From an uncultured Opitutales bacterium (lineage in GTDB: Bacteria > Verrucomicrobiota > Verrucomicrobiia > Opitutales > Intestinicryptomonadaceae), in assembly GCA_944389915.1 (NCBI GenBank), contig CALXOC010000005.1, positions 1 through 52,494 on the forward strand: a stretch of 52,494 nt of DNA. Reading direction: 5' to 3'. Of this stretch, positions 18,471 to 27,356 are shown piece after piece (the first letter of the stretch is position 1; each line of letters opens with the position of its first letter). A program made the position numbers and the translations under genes. The notes under the pieces were generated by a model. The model searched no databases and was not told the origin of the DNA. It was given only the letters and a program-made list of their open reading frames with translations.

Positions 18471-19178
18471 TTGATGAAAAAAATTACGCGCAATATAATG
18501 CTTGTGCTGGGAAGCGCACTGCTGTGTTCCTGTTGCTCTACAACTCCCAGTATAGAGGCTAAAGAAGACTCCGAATGGATGCCGCTGTTTGGTGAAAAGC
18601 TTTCCGGAGCCATATATACCCCCGGAGTTTGGTCGGAAAAAGACGGAGTTCTCATTTCCACGAGAGACGAAGTTATATTCACCAAACGCGATTGGGCAAA
18701 CTTCGAGCTCGAACTCGAATTTAAAATCAATAGGGATTCCAACAGCGGCGTAGTTTTATACTGCACCGACATACAGAATTGGATACCAAATTCCATAGAA
18801 GTGCAAATTGCCGACAACGCCAATAAAGGCTTTGCCCGCCCGACATGGAGATGCGCGTCAATATTCGGGCACGTGGATCCCGAATTCGACACCACAGTGC
18901 CCTACGGCGAATGGCAAAAGATGAAAATTGTCTGCAACGGTCCGGTAATCGACGTTTGGTTAAACGGAAAACACGCATCAAGCATAGACATGCTCATGTG
19001 GAAGAACAAAGATGTCGGGCCCGACGGCACGATAATACCAAAATGGCTCACCGCAAACAGGAAATGCGATATGCCAACGATAGGGAAAATCGGCTTGCAG
19101 GGCATGCACGGAAAAGCCGCAACGGACTTTCGCACGCTTCGAATAAAGTCCATCAAGCAACCTCCCGCGAAAAAATAG
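18471..19178 (+). CDS. DUF1080 / 3-keto-disaccharide hydrolase family lipoprotein
   Basis: Motifs: W.PLFG, WSEKDGVL, NFELELEFK, NSGVV, IEVQIAD, GEWQ, VWLNG, GKIGLQG.HG, FR.LRIK. Cys-containing signal peptide. Confidence 0.9.
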   Translation: MMKKITRNIMLVLGSALLCSCCSTTPSIEAKEDSEWMPLFGEKLSGAIYTPGVWSEKDGVLISTRDEVIFTKRDWANFELELEFKINRDSNSGVVLYCTDIQNWIPNSIEVQIADNANKGFARPTWRCASIFGHVDPEFDTTVPYGEWQKMKIVCNGPVIDVWLNGKHASSIDMLMWKNKDVGPDGTIIPKWLTANRKCDMPTIGKIGLQGMHGKAATDFRTLRIKSIKQPPAKK

Positions 19179-19206
19179 GGCCGCAGCCGCCTCGAAATAT
19201 TTTAAT

Positions 19207-19243
19207 AAAAATCCCGGCAGAAAAAATTCCGCCGGGATTTTTT
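19207..19243. terminator. Bidirectional terminator between convergent genes
   Basis: AAAAATCCCGGC...GCCGGGATTTTTT. Confidence 0.8.
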
Positions 19244-19314
19244 GCAGCTTTTAGAACTTTGCGCTTCGCCGGGACGAATTCCAAAGCTGCGTTTCCGATA
19301 AAAATTTCTAAGAA

Positions 19315-19869
19315 TTAAAATACCGGCTTTGTATCCTGCTTCGATATCTGCTTTTGACCTTCCCAGACTTGGACTCCGTCGGAGTTGAGAGACATTTGGA
19401 AGGTATATGTAACCTCTCTGTCGCGGCCGACCGCCTCGCGGTCCTCGAGAATTTTCCCGGATATTGTAATCTGGGCTGTGGGCAACGCCTCTTTGCCCTT
19501 CATAAAACGGTTATATTCGGCTATCTCGTTGGATTTCTTGTCGGTGGTTTTTACCGAAACAAGCCCGGAGTTTGTGAGAGCGATAGTTATGCGCTTCGTC
19601 AGCATGTCGGTGTCTATGCGCTCAGATGTCCTGTTTATTATAGAGCTTACCTCAAGCAAAACCGGCTTCTGGAACTTTGCAAAAGCCGGAGAAGCCAGCA
19701 TTGAATTTACCAGGGAATCGGCCGCAGCATTCCAATCCGCTATATTTATTTTATTTGTTGAAATCAGGGAACGCGGCCCCCCGGACTCCACATAGGACGC
19801 CTGCGAACCGCATCCGGCCATAAAGGCTGAAAACGCGGCGGAGGCGAGAATATACGCTATCTTTTTCAT
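19315..19869 (-). CDS. LpoB-like lipoprotein (penicillin-binding protein activator family)
   Basis: Lipobox MAGC. Motifs: DW...A..LVNSML, I.NRTSERIDTDMLT..I, ISGKI, YTFQMSL...G..VW. Confidence 0.8.
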   Translation of the reverse strand: MKKIAYILASAAFSAFMAGCGSQASYVESGGPRSLISTNKINIADWNAAADSLVNSMLASPAFAKFQKPVLLEVSSIINRTSERIDTDMLTKRITIALTNSGLVSVKTTDKKSNEIAEYNRFMKGKEALPTAQITISGKILEDREAVGRDREVTYTFQMSLNSDGVQVWEGQKQISKQDTKPVF

Positions 19870-19904
19870 GTCTTTCCTTTTTTCAGAAATTATCTGCTAA
19901 TTTA

Positions 19905-20324
19905 CTATGGGCGAACATTCCCCAACAATTTCAACCTGAAGTCGGCTGCATTCGCCGACGGCGCCACTGCCGATATATAGCGGGATTCCCCCGCATCTAT
20001 GGAAATTGCAATCCACACGGGCGCCGGATTTTCAATCAGCATTCCCGATTTGTCTATCCATTCAAAGAGGTAGTTTACATTGCGTTCCGACTCCGTTCTG
20101 TTTACGAGCTCAACCTGCACCGTCTTTAGGCCGTTCGCGTTCACACTTTCATTCACGCCCGCTACATACGCGATGTCGTTCAAACCGGAATCGGTCGTAA
20201 CGCGAATGTCGTCGACCATTTTCTTCTGGGCAGACTTGTCGGCGTTTTCAACCATATTGACACTCGAGCACGCCCCAAGCCCCAAAACCGCAACAAACGC
20301 AAAAAATATTTTCAAATTTTTCAT
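19905..20324 (-). CDS. YcfL/DUF1425-family lipoprotein
   Basis: Lipobox LGAC. Motifs: VQVELVN, Y.FEW.D..GM, W..I...AGE...I.AVAP...A.DFRLKL. Confidence 0.85.
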   Translation of the reverse strand: MKNLKIFFAFVAVLGLGACSSVNMVENADKSAQKKMVDDIRVTTDSGLNDIAYVAGVNESVNANGLKTVQVELVNRTESERNVNYLFEWIDKSGMLIENPAPVWIAISIDAGESRYISAVAPSANAADFRLKLLGNVRP

Positions 20325-21820
20325 TTATTTTCCTTTCCATTTTTGTATGCATTTGATTTTTCATCGAGAATTTTTTTCGCGCCGGCCCCATTCTTTGCCT
20401 GCCCCAACGGGAAAGCCATTATTGCTGGTTTCGCCGACCTGCCTGTCTTGCGGACCCAAACTATGTTTGCGGGCGCCTCAGACAATGTTACGGGAACGCC
20501 CTCCACTTTTATCGACAAATTTTTGGGAGTGGGGAATCGGGCTATTTTCACGCGTTTAGGAAGGGTGGTCCATGTGCGCAAATCTGCGTCGTTCATTGAG
20601 GCTTGGTATATCGATCCCACTATCATTGCAGCAAGCGCCGCATAATCTCCACCTCCTGCGCGTGCGGCCTCCTGAATGCCGTATTGCGCGGCGGCCTTGG
20701 CGGCCGAAGAAAAAAGAGTCTTGGCTATCACAAGCGGAAGGTCGTCGTCGAATTCGCGCTTCACTATGGAGTCGATATCGGCAAGCAGCTCAAAGCTTTG
20801 CGCCTTGCCTTCCGAAAGCACGGAAATCGAATCGGAAAAATCGCCATTATAAACAAGTTTAGGGAAAGCCGCGCCCACATACGGAACTTCTCTCGTTGCT
20901 ATGAACATAGGTATGTCCAAACGTATCTGGGAGCGTGTCGGCGCCGAACCGGCCTCGTATATCACATAGGTGAGCTTGTCTGGCTTCACGCCGGACATGG
21001 CGCGCGATGCATTGAGCATGTCGGCATCCAAAATCGAAGCCTGCACCATTGAACGGGCGAATCTAAAACTGTCGCAAGCGCGCGAGAAATCGGAAGAATC
21101 TACCCCGCAATAAGTGAAGTAAATTCCGTCCAGCCAGTACGTGTAGGGATTTAAATAGTCCCCGGCAACCCGGGACGACTCCTCCGGCACATACCCGTAG
21201 GCATTTTTGAGTTCGGTTCTAAATTTCAAATCCGCCATGGCCGCATTGTAGTTATAGGCTTTTTTGCCGTCAACTTCGCTGTTTGAAAGCTTCTTTGCGG
21301 CAGCCATGCCGCGCGATATTTCTTCGGAATGCCTGCGGCGTATGTCGTTCTGGGCAAATTCAACCCGCTTTAGCATGGCGGCAGCGTCTTCAAAATTTCC
21401 CTGCTGCAAGCAATTTAAAGTTTGGTAAACGCCAAGCATTATGCGATCGTAAGCCCTCCCGACATATGGAAGATACGAAGGATTTGTAAACAGCGCCTTA
21501 GACTCCCCTGCCAAGTCTATCTCGGCTGCGGAATCAAAACTTTCAAGCATTGCATAGGCCGCATCGAAATATTCCTCGCTCTTTTTTAAATCGCCCCCCG
21601 CGCGCATGGCGCTTCCCGCCTCGAGCTTCCATATGAGCGAATCAGCGCCGCCGCAGGATTCGGCGCAGTTCTGGGCATCTGAAGCTGCCGCGGCGTACTC
21701 TCCGGCGCTCCAGCGCAAGCGCATCTCGCGGGTGTCGTCGGTATAAGTCGCACAGCCGGACGCCGAAAACAGCGCCAATGCACTTACCGTGCTTGTAACA
21801 ATTATACCGGGAACACCCAT
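20321..21820 (-). CDS. COG3014-family helical (TPR-like) lipoprotein
   Basis: Lipobox ASGC after ATG 21820. Motifs: LE.GS, PY.GRAYDRIM...Y..LN, E.G.AP, ADLRTWTTLP. Confidence 0.85.
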   Translation of the reverse strand: MGVPGIIVTSTVSALALFSASGCATYTDDTREMRLRWSAGEYAAAASDAQNCAESCGGADSLIWKLEAGSAMRAGGDLKKSEEYFDAAYAMLESFDSAAEIDLAGESKALFTNPSYLPYVGRAYDRIMLGVYQTLNCLQQGNFEDAAAMLKRVEFAQNDIRRRHSEEISRGMAAAKKLSNSEVDGKKAYNYNAAMADLKFRTELKNAYGYVPEESSRVAGDYLNPYTYWLDGIYFTYCGVDSSDFSRACDSFRFARSMVQASILDADMLNASRAMSGVKPDKLTYVIYEAGSAPTRSQIRLDIPMFIATREVPYVGAAFPKLVYNGDFSDSISVLSEGKAQSFELLADIDSIVKREFDDDLPLVIAKTLFSSAAKAAAQYGIQEAARAGGGDYAALAAMIVGSIYQASMNDADLRTWTTLPKRVKIARFPTPKNLSIKVEGVPVTLSEAPANIVWVRKTGRSAKPAIMAFPLGQAKNGAGAKKILDEKSNAYKNGKENK

Positions 21821-21824
21821 GGCG

Positions 21825-22730
21825 TTATTTAGAAGCGGCGGAAGAAGATTCCTTTTGAATCTTGCGCGCAACTGCGCCTTTCTGGACTCCAAAGTTCTCA
21901 AGCAGTTTCGCCTTCGAAAATTTTGGAAGAACTTCCGTTATAACGGCAGAACCGACATCCGCTTCGGCGTTTCCAAGCTTCTCTCCAGTATCGGGATCTA
22001 CCATGGCTTCGCCTTGGGCAACTATTTTGTAAACATCGCCCACGGCTATGTCTGAATAGTCGCCCATGTTTATTATTATTTGGTTCCCTATCACAGAAAG
22101 GACCTTTGCCGGATACGCTATGTCGGCAATGCGTGACGCTATTTTTTTTGCCATTAAACGCGAAATGTCATTTATTAGGGCGTCATTTAAATTTCCACTG
22201 CGTTGTGAATACGAAGGCAAATCTGCAATATCGCTGTTGGTTATGGTGAACTCGGCGCTCTCAACAAGCGCCCCGCTTGTGGAATCGTATAGCTTTGCAA
22301 CTGCTCCGAAGCGCAATATGCGCTTTTGCGCCGTCTTGTCTATTGTCTCAAAGCGCGCCGTCTCTATGTAGTCTTGAAAATCCGTTATGGTAGTTTCAAG
22401 AACATACTTTGCACCAAGAGCTTTTCCGATCTTGGCGGCGCTCGCAGGGTCGACATTTCCGGAGGCGGAAAAGTCCTGCTCCTTCATTACACTCTTCCAA
22501 TCGCTCCTTGCCACGACAGTAAACCTGCGAGTCTGCCCGAGCGCCGACACCAAGTGGGAATCCATAGACTGCAATACGCGCTCAAGCGCCTCTCCGCGCT
22601 TGAGCCCCGCAATGGCGTTGACTCCGTATACTCCGAGAGTGGCCTTATTTGTGCCAGACGGGACTCCCATCTGGGCAAATGCCAAGCCCGCTGTCAATGC
22701 ATAGATAAAAATAGATATAGTCTTTTTCAT
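21825..22730 (-). CDS. CsgG/HfaB (TolB_N-like) family protein with FlgT-like C-terminal domain
   Basis: Motifs: RFTVVAR.D...VMKEQ, AAKIGK.LGAKY, ITDF; C-terminal PAKVL...IIINMG...GD.Y...GE..VDPDTGEKLG. Confidence 0.8.
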   Translation of the reverse strand: MKKTISIFIYALTAGLAFAQMGVPSGTNKATLGVYGVNAIAGLKRGEALERVLQSMDSHLVSALGQTRRFTVVARSDWKSVMKEQDFSASGNVDPASAAKIGKALGAKYVLETTITDFQDYIETARFETIDKTAQKRILRFGAVAKLYDSTSGALVESAEFTITNSDIADLPSYSQRSGNLNDALINDISRLMAKKIASRIADIAYPAKVLSVIGNQIIINMGDYSDIAVGDVYKIVAQGEAMVDPDTGEKLGNAEADVGSAVITEVLPKFSKAKLLENFGVQKGAVARKIQKESSSAASK

Positions 22731-22740
22731 GTGATATTCC

Positions 22741-23934
22741 CTATTTAACTATCGGTTGAGGAAGTATGCTTGTATTCTGCTGAATATTAATTGGCTCCTT
22801 TGTATCGGTTTTATAATCCACTTTGAATCCCGAACTCTTATATGCCTGCGCGATTCCCTTCAGCACCTCGATTTGGGCGTCGTTGAGCTTGTCTCCCGCC
22901 TTTAGGGATTCTAAAAATGCCCCGTCTTTTTTCCAGCGGTCGCGCGCCGATTCATTCATGCGCATATATACGGTTAAAGTATCCATGTTTTCGCATATAT
23001 TGACCATTCGCTCATAGGGCTCCAAATCCGACCGCTCGAAACGCAAATTGTGTATGCCCTGCGAAATTTCACAAGCTCCCGAATCTGAAACTCCCGGCCC
23101 GGCATTGCCGGCAAGAATGCCGTCAACAAGCACGGTAACGCCTTCGGCCACTGCGGGGAAGCGCCTGTTTGCAACGCGATACTCGCCCTTTTCATTTACC
23201 TCAACTGCGGGAAAGACAATTCCCTCTATAATGCAGTTGAATTTTACCTTAACCTTCCGCGGCTTTATTGCAACAAGCGGCTTTTGCTTGTTTGATTTCG
23301 CAAGATCAGCAACTATGTTTGCAGCCGCAGAATCAACGAGCATATTGATTGTATCGGCATCGTTTACGGCAATGTCGGAAGTTTGGCGGAACGAATAATC
23401 GCCCGTTACTGTGCCTCCGGCAGCGCCCTCGCCGACTCCGCCGCCATAAAGGCTGTACGAGGTCCTCAATACCCTGCGCGTAGTGAGCGTATTTCCCATC
23501 GCGCCGCTGTACGCCCGCTTTTCCGAAGCCATCGACAATATGGAGGCGTCGAGCAAAAAATCTGCCCCGAGCATTTGCGCAACGCGCAGCATTGAAGCTT
23601 TGGAATAAATGTCGCCTTCATTATCGAAGCCTCCAAATTTACCAAGAGACACGAAAATGGAAGCCAATATTTGTTTTGCAAGAGACGCGTCAGCGGCGTT
23701 TCCGCTTTTTGAAGCCTTTTCGAGAGAGTCGATTACTACATTTTTCGACATCGCCGAAAAGCCCGCCGCATTAAGTTTGGCCGCAAGCGTCGCCTCCAGA
23801 GGAGCCACATACGCTCCGAGAGAATTGTCCGACGACGCATTGCGGGCAAAAACCGCCACAGTGGGAGTTGAAGACGCAAACGCGGAAATTGCTGCGAGCG
23901 CCGATGCGAGGCATATCATCGCTTTTTTCATCAT
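22741..23934 (-). CDS. Secreted protein with CsgG/TolB_N-like domain and PEGA-like domain
   Basis: Signal peptide, LRVAQMLGADFLL.ASI, and PEGA-like VTVLVDGILAG...GIHNLRFER....YER.V. Confidence 0.6.
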   Translation of the reverse strand: MMKKAMICLASALAAISAFASSTPTVAVFARNASSDNSLGAYVAPLEATLAAKLNAAGFSAMSKNVVIDSLEKASKSGNAADASLAKQILASIFVSLGKFGGFDNEGDIYSKASMLRVAQMLGADFLLDASILSMASEKRAYSGAMGNTLTTRRVLRTSYSLYGGGVGEGAAGGTVTGDYSFRQTSDIAVNDADTINMLVDSAAANIVADLAKSNKQKPLVAIKPRKVKVKFNCIIEGIVFPAVEVNEKGEYRVANRRFPAVAEGVTVLVDGILAGNAGPGVSDSGACEISQGIHNLRFERSDLEPYERMVNICENMDTLTVYMRMNESARDRWKKDGAFLESLKAGDKLNDAQIEVLKGIAQAYKSSGFKVDYKTDTKEPINIQQNTSILPQPIVK

Positions 23935-24093
23935 ATATCCTTATTTAAATGTATTATCGAAATAAAACGCGTTCAATCATGCGGGCAAGCCCGGGGAAAT
24001 GCGCGAAAACACAAGTTGCGGGCAAATATTGCCGACCGCGTTAAAGTTTGTCCGAACACATTAGAAATTCAAGCAAATATGGAAATTGTTTTC

Positions 24094-24582
24094 CTATTTC
24101 TTCACTATCAGGCATACGCAGTGGGCTCCTATGCCTTCACGGCGTCCCTCCCACCCCATCTTTTCGTTTGTGGTTGCTTTTATTCCAACCTGCTCTGCGC
24201 TAACCCCGAGCGAATTTGCCAAAACTTCGCGCATGGCTCGGACGTACGGGAGTATGCGCGGTGCCTCGGCTATCAGCGTGGCGTCTATATTGCCGACTTT
24301 GTAGCCGAGTTTCCCTATTTCAAATACCGCCCGCTTAACTATCTCCTGAGAATCTATGTCCTTGCAGGAATCATCGGAAGGCGGAAAATAATGGCCTATG
24401 TCCGGCAGGGCTGCCGCGCCAAGAATTGAATCAGCCACGGCGTGGCTTAAGACGTCGGCATCGGAGTGCCCCAAAAGCCCCCCCTCTTTGCAAGGAATTT
24501 CCACGCCCCCCAATATGCAGCGCCTGCCCTGGGCAAAGCGGTGCACGTCGTAACCATGACCTATTCTAAATTCCAAACTCAT
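24094..24582 (-). CDS. ispF: 2-C-methyl-D-erythritol 2,4-cyclodiphosphate synthase
   Basis: RIGHGYDVH, LGGV, GHSDADVL.HA..D.ILGAA, DIG.YFPP, IKATTNE. Confidence 0.97.
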   Translation of the reverse strand: MSLEFRIGHGYDVHRFAQGRRCILGGVEIPCKEGGLLGHSDADVLSHAVADSILGAAALPDIGHYFPPSDDSCKDIDSQEIVKRAVFEIGKLGYKVGNIDATLIAEAPRILPYVRAMREVLANSLGVSAEQVGIKATTNEKMGWEGRREGIGAHCVCLIVKK

Positions 24583-25298
24583 TTTTTCCCTTTTTTCAGA
24601 AATTCTATGTACGCCAAATCTTCAGGAACGGTAATCTTGGGATTGGCAAATTCGTTCTCGACTATGCTTACTGCAATGCCCGCACTCGAAGCGGCCGCAA
24701 CATCGTCTGTAAGTGCCAATTTCGCGCGCTTGGCTGCCTTGTAGGCCTTTAATATGGCTCCAGCCCTGAAAACTTGGGGAGTCTGCATGGCCCACAGCCT
24801 GCTCCTGTCCAGATCCTCCAATTCGCATTTTGAAAGTGAAAGCGACGCTTTTGAAAGCCTCTTCACTGTGTCTACAACGCGCGACGCCAAGACGGCGGCT
24901 CCGTCCCTGCGCGCTATTTCGCCGAGCCTTAGAATATTTTCAGCCCGCAGCATTGGACGGGCGCCGTCGTGTATAAAGGCCAGACCCTGCTTGTCCGACA
25001 AGGCCTCAAGTCCGTTTATTACGCTGTCTCCGCGCTCCTTTCCTCCGTATACATAAAATACCGACAGCTTCTTCGACGACTTTGGGAAATGACGCTTTAT
25101 GGCAGATTTTATCTTCGACATCTGAGCGTCGTCCCTGCACACAAACACTATTTCCCCAACCGCCCCGCTGCGCAGAAAGGCCCTGAATGAGTGCAATATA
25201 ACGGGCAAGCCGAAAAGCCGGACAAGCACCTTGTCACTTACGGCGCCCTTCATTCTACTGCCGCTACCTCCGGCTAAAAGTATTGCGCCGTCAGCCAT
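24579..25298 (-). CDS. ispD: 2-C-methyl-D-erythritol 4-phosphate cytidylyltransferase
   Basis: LLAGGSGSRM, GGKER.DSV, IHDGARP, DTVK, QTPQVF, TDD, NPKIT.PEDL. Confidence 0.96.
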   Translation of the reverse strand: MADGAILLAGGSGSRMKGAVSDKVLVRLFGLPVILHSFRAFLRSGAVGEIVFVCRDDAQMSKIKSAIKRHFPKSSKKLSVFYVYGGKERGDSVINGLEALSDKQGLAFIHDGARPMLRAENILRLGEIARRDGAAVLASRVVDTVKRLSKASLSLSKCELEDLDRSRLWAMQTPQVFRAGAILKAYKAAKRAKLALTDDVAAASSAGIAVSIVENEFANPKITVPEDLAYIEFLKKGKK

Positions 25299-26014
25299 TA
25301 CAAATTCCCCTTTGCGGTTTCAAGTTCCAAAGCAATATTTTTGGCGGCCTCGGCCGGATTGCCTGATTTGAGAATAGGCCGGCCCACCACGATGAAAGAA
25401 GCCCCCGACAAAGCCGCCACCGCCGGCGTCATTACACGCTTTTGCTCGTCGGCGGAGCAGCCCTGCGGGCGAACTCCGGGAGTTACGAGCACCGTATCTG
25501 GAGGCAGCTCGCGCCTCAATACCGGGAGCTCCAAAGGCGAGCACACAAGCCCCTTCATTCCGCTGTCGCACGCCAGACGCGCAAGCAGTGACACCTGGCT
25601 TTCCGGGGAGCGCCCGACTCCAGTCTCGGCAAGGGCCTGCGCGTTTAGAGATGTCAACACCGTCACCCCCAACAGCAACATGTCAGGATTGGCGTCCCCT
25701 GCCGATTTGAGCGCACGCTCCATCATTTCCCGCCCGCCGCAAGTATGTATGGTGAGCATTGACACAGGCAAACCTTGAAGGCTATCCACCGCGCTTGCCA
25801 CAGTGTTGGGAATATCGTGAAGCTTGAGGTCGAGAAATATCTTGAATCCCATGCCTGCAACTTCCCGAACAAAATCCGCCCCGTAACGCAAATACATTTG
25901 AAGCCCGATTTTCACCCACTCCAAGGAGCCCGACAAAGTATCGAGCATTTTCAGCGCAGACAGCCTTTCCGGAAGGTCCAGCGCCAAAATCAACTTGCAA
26001 TCGTGTTTTGACAT
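25298..26014 (-). CDS. pyrF: Orotidine-5'-phosphate decarboxylase
   Basis: LILALD, VKIG, FLDLKLHDIPNTV, VTVLTS, VTPGVR, DEQKRVMTP, VVGRPI. Confidence 0.97.
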   Translation of the reverse strand: MSKHDCKLILALDLPERLSALKMLDTLSGSLEWVKIGLQMYLRYGADFVREVAGMGFKIFLDLKLHDIPNTVASAVDSLQGLPVSMLTIHTCGGREMMERALKSAGDANPDMLLLGVTVLTSLNAQALAETGVGRSPESQVSLLARLACDSGMKGLVCSPLELPVLRRELPPDTVLVTPGVRPQGCSADEQKRVMTPAVAALSGASFIVVGRPILKSGNPAEAAKNIALELETAKGNL

Positions 26015-26118
26015 GGGGCCGATTGTATGCCATACTGCCGCAAAAATTCAAATTTATTATGCTGCCACCATTGAAAAAATGGCGGACATTTGACAATATA
26101 AAACTTTATAACGCACCA

Positions 26119-27000
26119 ATGGACGAAAAAATATTCTCCCCCTGCAAAGTGAACCTCATGCTTGCAATCACCGGCAGGCGCAACGACGGGTTCCACAATT
26201 TGATAAGTTTGGTTGCCCCCACCGCTTTCGGAGACGAATTAGGCGTAAAAGAGCTTCCTAACGAAACGAAAGCCGATACGCTGTCGTGCAACCTCGATGG
26301 AGTTCCCCTCGACGCTTCAAATCTGGTAATCAAAGCCGCAAAACTTTTCAGAGAAGCCACCGGTGGAAACAATTTCTTCGCATTTGACCTTCATAAGAGG
26401 ACTCCCTTCGGCGCAGGCCTCGGGGGCGGAAGCTCTAACGGGGCCGCCGCTTTGATTGCCATGAACAGGCTTTGCGGCAATCCGCTCGGAATAAGGGAAC
26501 TTGAAATAATTGCGGCGGAGCTCGGGAGCGACTGCCCTTTGTTTCTCAAGGGAAATCCCGTAGTCATGCGCGGGCGCGGCGAACAGGTATTCGACTTGGG
26601 CGCGGAGGCCTCTGAATGCATTTCGCGCCTAAAGCTGCTCTTGTTCAAACCCTCGTTTTCAATAAGCACTGCTTGGGCATATTCGCAGATGAGGGAGAAC
26701 CCACAATACTATGCCGACTCCGACGATGCGGAGGCGAGCTTGTCGGAATGGCTCGAAAATCCGTCCATATCGGGACTTCCTCTTTTTAACAATATGCAAT
26801 TGCCAGCATTTAAAAAATATCCGGCGCTTGAAGCTGCAATATGCGAAATCAGGGAGCGCTTCGGAATACCGGCAATGATGAGCGGATCCGGCAGCGCCTG
26901 CTTTGCAATTATAAACGATATCGACGAAGAGTCCGTAGCAAAACTTGAAGGCTGCATTAAAGACATGTTCGGCAAAAGTTGCTTTATTGCGCGCGCATAA
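26119..27000 (+). CDS. ispE: 4-diphosphocytidyl-2-C-methyl-D-erythritol kinase
   Basis: PCKVNLML.ITGRR.DGFH, NLV.KAA, P.GAGLGGGSSNGA, LGSDCP.F, GRGE, MSGSGS. Start set at ATG 26119. Confidence 0.95.
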   Translation: MDEKIFSPCKVNLMLAITGRRNDGFHNLISLVAPTAFGDELGVKELPNETKADTLSCNLDGVPLDASNLVIKAAKLFREATGGNNFFAFDLHKRTPFGAGLGGGSSNGAAALIAMNRLCGNPLGIRELEIIAAELGSDCPLFLKGNPVVMRGRGEQVFDLGAEASECISRLKLLLFKPSFSISTAWAYSQMRENPQYYADSDDAEASLSEWLENPSISGLPLFNNMQLPAFKKYPALEAAICEIRERFGIPAMMSGSGSACFAIINDIDEESVAKLEGCIKDMFGKSCFIARA

Positions 27001-27161
27001 AAGCGGGCGATATTTTGAGCGAAATAAAGAAGCGCTTTTGCAACCATACTAAAAGTTGCGTAAAAAAGCCCCATTCTGCCTTCGATTCCGCCTTGAGCGC
27101 GCCGCTATGCATTGTATTTAAAAAAATCAGGCAAAGGTCGCGCTCCATGCGGGGCGCTGCG

Positions 27162-27356
27162 TCATTTTTCCGCTTTGGATCTGCGGCGAGCCTGGCTTTG
27201 CTTTATGTCGTTTTCGATTTCGTAAATGTCGAATGCGCCATGAAGGTCGTCGTCTTTTGGCTTTTTCGCCGTCGCGACCTTGTAGACGCACCACGCAAAA
27301 AATGCCAGAAAACCGCACACCGATATTAGAAAAGTAATCCAGCCTCCCACGGTCAT
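27162..27356 (-). CDS. Small single-TM protein, likely an NSS-transporter accessory subunit (MetS-like)
   Basis: 64 aa, MTVGGWITFLISV...WCVYKV. ATGA-coupled to the NSS transporter stop. Confidence 0.65.
   Translation of the reverse strand: MTVGGWITFLISVCGFLAFFAWCVYKVATAKKPKDDDLHGAFDIYEIENDIKQSQARRRSKAEK

Noticed and set aside
13281-19178. Complete prophage around the terminase
   Set aside because: The flanking genes are cellular (apbE, cupin, hup, DUF1080). There is no integrase/transposase, portal, capsid, tail or recognisable att or Mu end.
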